Shown here: positions 47,366-60,839 of the stretch, piece by piece
How the letters are laid out: the number at the start of each line of letters is the position of its first letter
Position numbering within the stretch: the stretch's first letter is position 1
NCBI RefSeq assembly: GCF_964355755.1
Contig: NC_092679.1
Span: 18,769,432-18,833,431, forward strand
Length of the DNA: 64,000 nt
Origin: Antedon mediterranea
Lineage: Eukaryota > Animalia > Echinodermata
Reading direction: 5' to 3'
Program-made: the position numbers and the translations under genes
The notes under the pieces: generated by a model
The model's database searches: none
What the model saw: only the letters and a program-made list of their open reading frames with translations
What the model was told of the DNA's origin: nothing

Positions 47366-50300
47366 GGCCGGTACTGATACTCAACAATCAGTACAACATA
47401 GATTAACTGATATTAAAACCTACCGTTATTAAAACTTACCGATATTTTTCTTTCTTGTTTTGAAAGATAAATTTTCATGTTTTCTTGAAATTAAAAAAAA
47501 TGTAGGCCATGAAACGGTTTGGATATATCTGCAAAACATGCCATGGTAAAAACTACTTGTAGGCCTAATGTAGTAACTGTGATTAGCACCAGGAACTAAA
47601 TATGAAAATACGTAGCATTGAATAGGGAATCTTTATTCTATTTTAAAATACAATAATTACCTGGTTATAGCCTCATGGTAATTGCTGAAAGCCATTCGGT
47701 AATAAAGCACCTCGTTAACCACCAGAGTGTTCAGTCTCTCATACAAAACAATAGGGACTTTATTAGGAAACAGGACGGGAAGCCACAGACGGTGCTTATG
47801 AATAATTTATGCGGAGATTTGTCGTCTTAACTTTTTGAAGATAAAGTTGGCATTTTCCCGTTTACGGAAAACGACTAGAAATAAGGTAATAACCTTAAAT
47901 ATACAATTCAAATTTTAACTTAAAAGTGGACTTTTCAAAACTTCTAATTTAAATGTTTTAATTTGGGTTAAAATGTTAAAAGCAGTACATTTTGCGCGAC
48001 GTTTGAATGTGAGGCCCCTAGCTATGAAGGCTAGGCCAGTGCTGATCACCAGAGCTAAAGGATGGATTGATGCATTTTTTATTACAATAATTAATTACAA
48101 TATCTATATATATATATATAAAAGACAAACACAAAAAGTTTGTCCTCTATGCATGCCGTGGTACAAACTCTGATTGGTTTGCACTCAACATCATTGCAAC
48201 GGAGATGGTCATGGTCCTATATAAAAAGTTTGTAAACCAAATATTTATTAAATTATGACTTATTAAATATTTTAAAAATTACCACTGGATCAAAAGGTTA
48301 TGAAATGTTGAATTTCCAGAGGGCGTCATTAAAACTATAAAAGCAGGAACCGAGAAAAAAAACGGAAGTATTACCGTTTAGAGAGTCTATAGGGTAGGAA
48401 CACTAGAAAAGCCACGTGGTCGTGGAATACTTCAGTTCACTTCCATTTGTAAGAATAAACATTTATAGGATGATTAATATGTAGGTTATAACTAATATTG
48501 ATATATAGCTCTACAATTTGAAGTGAAGGCTCTACGTTTATTCGTTTTCTTTCATTTAGCGTGCAAAATCGTATATTGTAACAATGAGAATGCGAATTAT
48601 TCGTTTAAATAAGGTGATCATTACAATAGCCTGATGCTACGTTTTTATTCTAAGCATACTGTAGCTAATCCCATGTTATACCTGAGGTTTGAACGTTCAT
48701 TATGCTACTAATCCGCCGAATAATTACCAGCTTATCGTTGGTTACAGAATCTTAATTATAATTACGGCTCCTTGATGCCTATCATCCTAATTTGTAATAA
48801 AAGAGTATATGTTATGCATTTTAATTTTACTTTGCCGTGCTTACATCAGTTTACATGAAGGATACATATTGTCCCATTGTATCATCGTATTCGGGACCGA
48901 GTCTATTTCCAGTTTATTGATCAGTAGGCCCTATAGTAGAAACGTAATTGTTACAAAGCCTTAATTTGTCCCCGTAGGCCTATAGCTTATATTAGTTTTT
49001 GATTTTTGTCTCTCCAATCCAAGTAAACTTTTGTAATGAAAGTCCTACAATTAAATAAGTGGTAATGTATGTGCCCATGGAGTAATTTATAATTCTTCCA
49101 TAAGCTTCCTAATTACATGCATGTATACAGTAAAGGTACGTGAAAGCGTCACATTTATATCTTATTTGTTTTGTGTATTTGCATTGTATTTCAGAAGAAA
49201 AAAACCGGCTACTACATACTGTAAGGAAACATTTTGGTACTGTAAAGTAATATTAATTAAAATAATATTAATATTTAATTATTTGCATATCTACAGACGT
49301 ACCACCATTTTCAAAATTCAAAATGTTCTAGCAATACTTTCGAATTCATAAATAACAATGGACTTGCCTTTTGAACTTCAAATTACGGATGGTACCGTAC
49401 CCAAAACTTGCAAGAATGTTCTGTATTTATTTTTGTTACAATGAATTTTACTGACCGCATACATTGCATACTTATAATAAGCATTTAGCCTGCCAGACGT
49501 ATGGAATGTTAAACTTAATATCAATTCTTTATGTATCAATGGATAGAAAATGAGACTTCAATTAAAGTGTAACTCCTGCATATAATATTATAATTTTGCA
49601 TACGTTTTGCATACGTTTTGCATACGTTTGACAAGTTTCCAAGGCGCTGTTGAAAAATCTGTTAATATCAGCGGGGATCATACTCGTCGAAGAGAAATAT
49701 AAAAAATCTAAGTATATAAAATGTAGAAATATAAAAATCATCATTGATCATGACAAAAATATATTTTTGCAGCCAAAATTCCATACGGTACGATTGATAT
49801 AACTGCGCCTGCATTAATCCTATATAACTTTATGAGCTCAGGGCCTACCTGATTATATTTTAGCTGTCCGATCACGACAGGTAATATAATATAGGATCTC
49901 ACAAATCACCAAGTGCCATTTTCCATGTTTGTTTATGCCTGTACATTATATTTATACTCGCATATTAATACTAATAGACATCAATGTAGTGGTGGTCTGC
50001 AGCAACTAATACTAATAATCGACGTCTAGATATATCGAACTATACTCTGGAATTTCCAAATTCGGAAATTACATTCTATTTCGATATGTTTCCACCCACC
50101 CTTGTCATTTAATTGGCATTACAGTCTCATTGTCCAATGGCAAACAGTACTGATGGCAAACACAGCCTAGTGATAACATGTCTGACGAAGACCAAACAAT
50201 TGTGTCACAACATTATCATAACCACATTCGTATTTTGAGATATCTACATTGTTAGTTTTCCGTATGGGCGTGTTTTCGAGAAAAAAAAAGAAGCCCATCA

Positions 50301-50635
50301 AAAAAATCTTACTTCCTCTGTTTGCAAAAGCTTTGTTGAACATATTCTAGGCCTATCCTAGTAGGCCCTACCTAACTCTGAAATACGCGAACTACTTGTA
50401 AAAATAAGTTCATGAATGCTGGGATAATAATGTTACTGAGGACGAGCCAAAATGACGATGACGACATGAAAATGGCATTTCTATTATATATAAGAATGTT
50501 TGATAAATGTTTGTGGCGGCACGAGTAGATTCCATTTTCATAATCAGACACCATACTTAAAACAACTTTTAAAAAAAAGAGGGGGAATAACGTGTTAATG
50601 TAAGATCGCCCTCTTGAAAATTTTAAGTTTAAAAT

Positions 50636-50742
50636 AGCTCTGTCTACACTAAAAAAAAGTACGTGTCCAAATATGGTAGTGATATGACGTCATCGTGTCC
50701 ATATATGGGCTCATCACATTTGATAGCATAGTAGATAGAGCA
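50636..50742. mobile_element. MITE family A copy (deleted)
   Basis: AGCTCTGTCTACACT...GTCCATATATGGGCTCATCACA...GTAGATAGAGC. Confidence 0.7.
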
Positions 50743-52475
50743 TATAAATCTTTATTGCTCACAATGTCGGTCGGTTGGTCGGTCGGTAAACACTAACTAA
50801 AATTTGCACACGCGACTACAGCCATCGGCCTTGTTTTTGTTTTAATTTATATCTGGAGGCACATGTGGTGTGGCTAAGGGTTACCTAATTTGCATATTTA
50901 AAAATGGCGGCAATTTTAATAAAAATGTCCATATCTCCGAAACCACTGGTCGTAGAGAACAGATTGTTTATGGCAGAATGTTCACAATATACTGTATTTC
51001 TATTTACTCTAATTTATTGAGACGGTTTAGCACCCTCTACCAGTTTATATATTTTTTTCAATTTCAATAGTGTGATATTATTAATTTTATTTCCTTTTAA
51101 AAATATTTATATGATATGTAATACCAGTATATACTAGGTTTGATATGAAATGACAAAGTATTGAACAGAAATAGGTATCGTATCGTATCCAATGTTGGAA
51201 GTTAAAGGTAAAGTTGTTCTCGTCTCAATCCAGTCACTTGGTATAATAAAATATTTTGTATAAGTCATTATATCCAAAACAATTTGAAATAAAACTATAC
51301 AGTTTTCATTTATATTGTCAATGAAAATAGTGCGAATAGCTCCCTCAATGGAATGACCATAAGAGGATAGTCATGACGTTAATTGCGTCATCCTCCTGGA
51401 ATTTCCAATTTAAAACATTGAACCAAGATAATAATAAGATAATAAAAATATAGACTGACATAGGTAAATAGACATATAGTGAATGACAAAACTGATAAAA
51501 TAAAGATGGGAAGAACCCACGGTAAAAAGAAAAAAATATAGGAATGTATGATTCTTAGGCCTGATAGAACAAATAAAATATTATTATTGCACAAATAGGC
51601 CTACATAAAGCGTTTAATGCACAAGGCCTCTAAGCGATTCACAAATTGCATGTAAAATCAGTATCACAAAATAGATACCGAATGTATATGAATTGAATAA
51701 TTATGAATAATATTCACGTACGTATTCAATATTGTTGTACACGGGGTTGTACAACGGCGGATAACCATCGTATTCTCGGGGCTTGCCCATATGTCTGGGT
51801 TTTCCCGAAGTTTTAATAATGCCTAGAATATTGAGACTAAATTGTATTGGATATTAACTAATATTGTAGTAAAATAGACTGTGGGATGAGATGATACGGA
51901 TAGGAGGAAACACTTGACTTTACAAACAATTTGCACTTACCGTTTGAATCGCACAACCAACACGCCCAGTTTGTGGTAACATGTGTTATGAAGCTGAGTA
52001 AACCATTAAAAATACTACAGTTATGCAGTTAAGTGAACGGATAGGCGTATCCTCGTAATGAATACTGTTGTGGTTTTGAGTTGGCGAATAAGACAAAGTT
52101 TATATTTTAGTCGAACCGTCTAGAAATTTTCTTTATTTGGAGAATTAATGATAAAATATGCTGACGAAGACGGTGACAAGAATTAAAAAACAGTAACAAT
52201 ATTGTTTCAAAACATGTTATTTCATAACATATAAAAGCCAAATTCGGGTTTTGAGATACACTGTAGATATTGAATATGATTATTACTAATTGTTTAAATA
52301 AATAGGAGAGATTGATTTGAAACAAAAAGGCCTATTTTGTAGAATGCATTTAAATCAATTGAAGGCTCATTCGTCCAACATTCATTTTTATAGGCCTAAT
52401 GTTTGAGTGTACCATATGTTATTGTACTGATTTTTCTGGCCGAATAATTAAAAACGAAGAAAATGCGAGACACTG

Positions 52476-53634
52476 TTAAACAACCTCAGAAGAATGACTT
52501 ATCATTTCCAGTTTGTTCATCAGATTAATGTTTTCATTTCTAAGTTTTGAAATCTCTTCACTTGCAATCAGAAATCGTTCAATTAAACTAGAATGTTGAA
52601 TTTTTAATTCCTCTTTTTCGTCTTTTATTTCTAACACCAAGTTTTCAAATGTTTCATTCTGGGCTTCCAGCATCCTAACTCTGAAATATAAAACATTGCG
52701 AACTTAAAAAAAATATAAATGAAATAACCAACAGATTTTATGAATGCTCATGGGACAATATTAATGTACTGATGACAAGCCGGTAAGTGGTAAAGATGAC
52801 GACATGAACCACAAGACGCGCCCGAATGAATAATAATGGCATGTTTAAAAAAACATGTTTGAAACAAATAGTGGTACGAGAACGTCGATCCAATTTTCAT
52901 ATGAATCAGACACACAGCTTATAAAAACAATTTTAAAAAGGACGGGGAATATGTGTCATATCTAGGCCTAGTGCATGAGCGCCCTCTTTCAACACATGTT
53001 AATGATATAATGAACCAAGACGTCCGAAAATGGTATTTAGGTAGGCCTATAGGATAGGCCTATATTTAAAAATATGTTTGATTAACTGTTTGTGGTACGA
53101 GTCACTAGGCCTAGGCCTATCCCATTTTTATATGAATCAGACACTTGCCCGACTTTACAAAACGAATTATAAAAAAGGAGGGTAATAAAGATGCTAGGCC
53201 TATAGTAATCCATGACCGCCCTCTTCCTCTTGAAACCACCAGCACAATTAAGAATACCTTTCTTTCAAATCTGCCTTCTCGTTAACCAGAATCAACTTGG
53301 CTGAATGTGCCGTGTTCTTGCTTTCTTTCATAATGTTAAGTTCTCTTTCCACTTTCTCCAAAGTGTTTTGTAACACCAGATTAGCGTTATACAGTTGTCG
53401 ACGTCTGTTCCTGTTCCATCTCCTGTCATGTTCCTGTCGTTCCTTTATGTTTATTAGCTGTATCTCCAAACGGGTTTTCTCTGCTTCCAATTCATTCAGT
53501 TGGTCGATGTTTCCATTGTTTTCTTTGTTAAGTATCTCATTTTCAAAGTAAAGTTTTTGAAGTTTGTGGTTTTGAGCTTTGAACTCATTTTGAATACCCA
53601 GTTTGTCTTGGACCAATTTGACCATGTCCATCAT
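52476..53634 (-). CDS. uncharacterised coiled-coil protein, 2 exons (~193 aa; may have further 3' exons)
   Basis: join(53258-53634,52476-52680); AG|GTATTC donor and TTTCAG|A acceptor join in frame; E/K/L/N-rich heptad pattern. Confidence 0.6.
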
Positions 53635-55363
53635 AAAATTAGAGATAGAAGCAATAACTTTACAGTATCACTCAAATGTTTGTAGGGATCGATCGATGTC
53701 AAATCAACGTCACAAAATACTGTTTTAAAAATGTGCAAGGACACGCGCGTGCATGCTCGTTTCCGATACGCGCAATATCCCGCCACACGTCGTACGTACT
53801 TACGTACTAACTAATAAACTTTTAAAAGTTTTTGATGGATTAACAAAAGCTAACAAAAATACATATAGTATACATCAAAAAGCATCTAAACTAAAAATGT
53901 TAAACCCTTGCTTCTTAGTAAAAGTCACAAAATAATGAATTTCGACTAATGTTGTTGTTCAGTTGTGCTTTATGTTGATGTTTTGTTAAAACGATGTAGC
54001 GCCCTCTATCAGCTTATAAATGTATTCGATTTGCATAGTGATCTTATCTTATTAATTTTATTTTCTTTAAAAAAAATATAAATATTATATATTAATATAA
54101 TAGTATACGAAAGTTGTGAAATGAAAAGGTATTAAATAAAAATAAGTATTGTATTCAATGTTCAAAGATAAAAGTTCTTAAATCTCTTCTTAATCCGGTC
54201 ACTTTATAACGTATTTTTTTTGTAATAAATATTTTGTGTAAAAATAATTACTCCTAAATGAGACATTATTGCGTATAGATAAACGCATCAATTCCACCAA
54301 TCATCAGTTAGTTAATTCGCCGAAAATTGTAATAACTACGTCATGAGAAAAGCTTATAATGACGTCAGTGAATTCGATGACATCACGTTACAGGAAAGTG
54401 TTATTTAATTATTTTTTACCATAATTAACTGATAGTGTCGGTTGGTCGTCGGTGAGGATGTATGTCTATGGATATTATTATTTTATATAATGGGAAAAAT
54501 AAATGTTGTTGTTAAATGTGAAAACTTCAATTAAGTAAAGTTATATTCTAGCATACACAGGGGAAGAGTTACATTTTTGGATAAATCAATTTAAAACTGT
54601 TTTAAAAAATATTTTAAACAATGCTAGAAAAAGATGATGATTAATTAAAGATGATACGAAATCGATAAATTGATTGAACCATGATGATTTTAACTGCTTG
54701 AAAAAACATCATATTTACAGTGTTGGTTATAGTATGGATATACTATACTAACTAAAAAGAAAAATGAAAAAAAAAAAGCCAACACGGGATTATTCATGTT
54801 TTCATTCTGCTTATGAATATTTATGAGATGACTATGACGTTTACGCTAACAAAAAGACGACGGGAACCAGAATACACAGTTGCCGATTGATGAAAATAAA
54901 CACCACACACACACAGAGAGACTTGGCACGTTGAGAAGAAAAATTGGTTAATTTAATTCATTGTTAAAACCCGGTCTAAATACATTTTGAGACATTTTAA
55001 ACAGACTGCTAGTAGCCAAATAACTGTAAGTATCACATAACGTGACGCTACATTTGATAACAAAACATTTTGTTTAAAATTCGTATATTTCTGTAGTCAT
55101 TTGCTAGGCCCACTATTTATTTTTATTTTTCACGAGACCCCGCCTTCTTTTTCATACGACAGAGAAAGAGAGGCTGTTCAGGCCTAGTGTGACGTACATT
55201 TAGATTGTTGAGCCTAGATAGTAGGAAAGGGTAGCCTTTAAAATCTTATATAAATATATCTTAATTTTCAATCGTAATTAATTTATACTAATTTCAGTAA
55301 GATGTAGTTAATATTTGAATGACTGAATAAATGAAGAAATCAACAACATCAGCAGGGGGAAGG

Positions 55364-55381
55364 ATGGACTGGCTGACCAAG
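55364..55381 (+). other. candidate upstream exon (MDWLTK or 5' UTR) of the plus-strand gene
   Basis: ATGGACTGGCTGACCAAG|GTTAGA; phase 0 compatible with exon at 63693; another donor ACT|GTAAGT at ~55025. Confidence 0.25.
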
Positions 55382-55905
55382 GTTAGATTAGGCCAAGTTG
55401 TTTGTATTGTACATTACTAACTAGGCTACTACTGTACTACTAGGCATAGGTAAGCTAGGCCTACAATATAGTAATACTAGGGCCTAGTTACTAAACTAAG
55501 TAGTACTGTACACCTTACACAGCCTGTACTATTTGTTATTAGTTAATTAATTAGTAAGTAGAAGCCAGTCAAATAGAACATTTATTTGTTATGGCAATAT
55601 GGTTGAACACTAAAGTCACATGATTTACCATTTATAAACAATTTACAATCTAAAATGATGATTTTAAATATTGGTTATGGTCCATAATTATATGATTATG
55701 AAATTGTTTGGTTATTTCAAATGATAACAACTAACTACTAACAACTAACAACTAACTAATATCAATCATACAAAGTGATAAAAACAAATACACATTGTAC
55801 ACAATCAAATAAATAAAAAATAAGATCTAAAAGATAAGAATGGTATAACTATAGTCACTCTTACTATCACAGTCTACGTTTTGTTGGTCTGGTATTAACT
55901 AATAT

Positions 55906-56205
55906 ACAAATAATGAATGTTTATGAGTGCAATGGTACAAATAATGGCACGAGGTGAATGATGAAAGGTTATATCAACGAGGCAAAGCCGAGTTGATATA
56001 ACCTTTCATCATTCACCAAGTGCCATTATTTGTACCATTACACGAATACAAAACATTCATTATTTGTTTTATATAACATCTAAATGAATTCTAGTTATTT
56101 GAAAAAGTACTATTTAACGATCGTTGAATAGTGCGTACTATTGCACGCCATGTGACCCACATTCGTCCAATCAAATGACAGGAATTTATATAGGTGTTAT
56201 ATAAT
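55906..56205. mobile_element. repeat element with long internal hairpin (GAGGCAAAGCCGAG centre)
   Basis: arms ~55906-55978 and ~55991-56067 are near-perfect reverse complements. Confidence 0.6.
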
Positions 56206-57192
56206 ATGTACTTAAGTGCGGCGATCCCTTTCTCTAAACGAACCTATAGGGATTAGGTGCAGGTGAAGCGTCAGAGTACAAATATATTTAATGTTGAATG
56301 CATAGTTTGTAACAACTTTCATTGGTGCTGTCATATTTCATTAGCATGCATTGTGTAACTGTAGCTTTTGTGTGTCAGCATGGACTCAATATGATATCAA
56401 CATCGTATCAAAAGTTAGAAAGACACAGCTTGAGATAGGTTATAGAGGTACAAAACACAACCATTCTGTGATTTCAAGTAAACATGTTCCACCACAGAAT
56501 ATTAAGTACGACCTAGTATAGTATACTACCATAGGGCCTAGCTAAGGAATCTAGTGAAAGTTTGGTGGTGTGATTGTGGATTGCATTAGTTTAATTTTTT
56601 TGTTTTTTTTACCCATAATTAATGCATTTCACATTATAAGAACTGAATTACGGTTTATAAGTATTTATTTTTTAAATTTTAATTTATTAATTTATTTATT
56701 TTTAAAATTAAAAAGAACAGCAGAAACAAAGACAACTCAGAAACACTTAAATTACAGCGAAACAGATGAAGACTGGAATTAAAAATGTCGATATGTTGAT
56801 GGGCCTTGACTAAACTATTATAAAATAAACTTAGTCTAGTAATGTAACCATTTTTAAGTACATTAGCTGTACTACAGTAGTAATATAAGCTTAAAAAATC
56901 CTGACCTGGATACAAGAATTGTGTTTTCCGTTGCTATGCTAGTCTACAACCGTTTGAGGAAAATCGGGAGGAAAATATCAAAATCTATGGTCTTCTGCAG
57001 ATTCATAAACTTGTCATGCGAGCTTGAAAGGAAATAACATTCCATCAATTCATTTCATAGCTTGCAGGAAAATTCCAGACCTGGATTACTTATTATGTAG
57101 CAACAACAGGGAAGTAAATCTTTTGGGAATTAGAGAATTGTGCAGGGTTGCAATAGTAATAAGAAGAATGTAGAAACTAATGAAAGATTTGT

Positions 57193-57645
57193 TACTAAAT
57201 TGAGGTAATATTCTAATGCATACTGTATATTTAATGAGATGAAGATTAATAAAATAAATAATGATTAATAAACAAATAAAACTAATCATGTCCTGTATAG
57301 TAGTTTAGATTTAAATGTAATTTAATTTGTTTGTAATTTGTTTAAAATTTACTAATTGAGGTAATATTCCAATGCATTTAAGGAGATGAAGATTTAGTCA
57401 AATTGCCAAATATAGTTAGACAATTACACAAAAATAAAACTAATCATGTCCTGTTTAGTGTTTTAGATTTTAATCTAATTTAATTTGTTTAAATTTATTA
57501 AAACTAAATTGAGGTAATATTCTAATGCATTTATTTAATGAAATGAAGATTTAGTCAAATTTCCAAATAGTATGAAAATTAAAAAGTACTAAAATAAAAC
57601 TAATCATGTCCTGTTTAGTGTTTTAGATTTTAACCTAATTTAATA
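57193..57645. repeat. degenerate tandem repeat ~155 bp x 3
   Basis: ACTAAATTGAGGTAATATTCTAATGCAT...AAATAAAACTAATCATGTCCTGT repeated. Confidence 0.8.
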
Positions 57646-58283
57646 GCATTAAAGATAATGTTTCATTTAAAATTTTGATAACCTTTAGTTAAGCACCACC
57701 AACATTTTTGCTGGGCTGTGTTTTAGTACATTTTTTATGATAATATTATATTTAAAACGTTAATGACGAACTGGCATATTACAAACTACTGTATATAGTG
57801 TTTCATGTGATATTCTATGATATATTATTATTTATAGAAGTTAAACTTACAAAGTCTTTTTTTAAATTTTCATTCAAACAACAATAAACCAATCGATGAG
57901 TACTATTATCCATACACATTCCTTTTTACACCTTAACTTGTTTTCCCAAAAAAATACTATAGGCTATTTACTGAAGCCTTCTAACGCATTGTATATTTCT
58001 ATAGCAAATATTGATCTTAAACGATTTGTGATTACTTTTCAGTCTATTGAGAATTTATGTATGAATGACATTGACTTGAATTGGTGCTAATTTCTAAGTG
58101 ATTGAAATGCAGTTGGCTGGTCTCCTATACTGTACAAATAGAGAAATATAAAATTGAGTGTACAGTACAGTAGGTGGTTTTAGGCTCTCGAGTTGTATTG
58201 TAACACTGTACCTGCTTTTAAGCTTAAACATACATTTTTAAAAGTATTTTTCAGAAATTGCCAATTGTTGTAATATCCCAACA

Positions 58284-58658
58284 AGGCCCAATTGAATGAG
58301 TCTCCTCCACACCCCTTTGAATAAGTCACTCCCCTGTTTGAATGAGTCCCCAATTGAATGAGTCTCCCCCCCCCCCCCCATTTGATTAAGTTACTTCCCT
58401 GTCTGATTGAGTCCCCAATTGAATGAGTCTCTCCCACCTCCCATTTGAATAAGTCACTCCCCTCTTTAAATGAGTCCCCCATTAAAATGAGTCCTATTTT
58501 GAATGAGTCCCAATTTGAATAAGTCACTCCCCTGTTTAAATGAGTCCCCTTTAAATGAGTCCCCATTTGAATGAGTCTTCTCCCCCACCCCTCCATTTGA
58601 ATAAGTCCCTCATTAAAATGAGTCCCATTTTGAATGAGTCCACGTTTGAATAAGTCCT
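58284..58658. repeat. complex short-unit repeat (TTGAATRAGTC + C-rich spacers)
   Basis: about 18 copies of AATGAGTC/AATAAGTC. Confidence 0.85.
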
Positions 58659-59134
58659 CAATGTGTCAGTCCCTCCCCACCATGTCACACCAAATTAAGG
58701 TCCCACATCCCAAAATATGGAATTGTAATAGTTGATTCCTTGTGTATACTAATCACATGGTTAATCAATGTAAACGACTGATAATTCTCCGAAGTAATTG
58801 CGCAGTTCATGGCTATGAGTCATACAAATAGTACTGTATACTTATATAATATCATTATTATATCGATACATGTACTCTTCTGACCTTTCACTAAACATTG
58901 AATGCTTAAACTCAATTTCAAAGATTTAGGCTCTGTTTATCAAATTATATTAATCTGGCGAAAATAATCTTATAATATTGTACTGTTCGTTTCAGGTTAT
59001 TAAATTTGTATAATTGTTTGATATAAAGTCAAGATATTTGGTAATTATACCTGGTCTATCGGTATTATGTTAGCTAATTTTAAGAATTATTGTAAATTAT
59101 ATGGTTTAACCCTGTTATGTGTCCCGATGCCTAA

Positions 59135-59627
59135 AGCCCGTTTTCATGTTGATGTAACATTACAGCAAGTTGCGTTGAGTTCCATTCAATTTTCAAATCG
59201 CTAAAGTTGAAATAAATAACAATAATGAAGATTGAGTCGGACCGCTAATATTTACGAAATCGTTTATAGTTTCTTGGTTCTCTCGAGCGTTGCTGGGACA
59301 TGAAGACGTGAAGTGTTGCAAAGGCAAGGTCGGCTCGACTGTGCGTAAAAAGTTACGGATTTTGCTTCAACCCAGCCTAGGACATGCATTTGCTGATATA
59401 TAAATCTAGGCTTTACACTAAACATAAAATGAAATTGTTTTACTATTAATAATTATAATTTAGTTATTTTTGCACAAACTGCAATGACATAATTTGTGAA
59501 CCATTTAATTGGTCAGTTTTAACGATCATTTAACAACATTGATTGTTAACATAAAATTGTTGAATCCAGTCAATTCAACGCAACTTAATGCAACTCTCCT
59601 TAATGTTATGTCGACAGGAAAACAGCC
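59135..59627. mobile_element. Harbinger-like MITE
   Basis: TAA|AGCCCGTTTTCATGTTGATGTAACATTA...TAATGTTATGTCGACAGGAAAACAGCCT|TAA. Confidence 0.55.
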
Positions 59628-60732
59628 TTAACAACCAAATAGTAGGCTCCTAACTCCAATTATAAACCAGAATTTAAAGAAAATTGACGGCTTTTAATGT
59701 TTGTACAGACAGTGTTTGTTTACCAATTCTACAGTCTACAAACAAATACAATTATTGTATTATTGACAATGAGTGAGCTTATTCATAGAAAACTTGTGGG
59801 TTAGACAGATTGACTGACAACTGAGACAATAATATATGTTCATTTTTTAACTTCCCCTATTGCCCATAAAAAGTTAAACTAAACATTTATAAACTAAAAG
59901 ACAATTAGTTTTGTTAATTGGGCTACATTTTATCCCAAAATATTTTAAAGGTTATTGATCTCCCTACATGTTTTGACAAATTAAAAAATTTTTTTTTTGT
60001 AATTAACTAAACTGTTAATATCAGTACAAGTGTAAAGTAGGCCTACATGACGAAGCTTTTTTGACAAGCGATTTTTTTTTTCTCTTATTATTTATTGTTG
60101 AAAAAAGGTATGAATAATCTGTACTTTACTGTATTTACATTTAGCATACATATCTAAATAACTGGATATGACATTTGGTCAGCTGTCAGTGTCATTGTTA
60201 ACCCAGAGGGTGACTGCCATCTCGCTGTGGGCGATACGACCACCAACTCGTTTATATGTCACTTTAGCTACCACTGTCTGCGTCTATTTAATAACTTGTC
60301 AGTCATTTTATGTTTACTTTGATCATAAGCAATCTTAATATTTTTTTTTGCTACTAGACCACCAGGAAAGTTTTAGTTACCCCATAATCTACAGTAGGAG
60401 TAATTTTCAATGGAATAAACAGGTACAAATTAAGAAGGTAACTAATAGTCCTGCATTAGAAATAATTGCATTTGGATAAATATTTTAATTTAGTGAAATT
60501 TTGTTTTGTTGATCCAATAATGGATTAAAGTATGAAAAAGTTTTTTCAAACGATTTGTTTGCTTTTCCAAATATACTGTTGTTGGGTAAAGCCTGGCTTA
60601 GTGTTAGTGAGGGCGCTGTGTTTTACTGCATCCTTGAAGGTGGTCCCTCCCCCTCTGACTGTAGTACATTGGACTAATACGAAATCAAGTAATTGTTTGG
60701 TTGGAATAGTTACGAGAGGTTTGGTTTCTCTT

Positions 60733-60839
60733 AAGCTCTGTCTACACTATTAAACTTTATGCGATGATGTCATATTACCATTTTTGGGCATATCACTACC
60801 ATATTTGGGCACATCACACTTTTTGTAGGCAGAGCTTTA
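60733..60839. mobile_element. MITE family A copy (deleted)
   Basis: AAGCTCTGTCTACACTA...TGTAGGCAGAGCTTTAA. Confidence 0.75.

Noticed and set aside
50180-50215. CTGACGA hammerhead-like start
   Set aside because: No GAAA box or stem III follows
58180-58596. 138-aa ORF
   Set aside because: Arises from the TTGAATRAGTC repeat array
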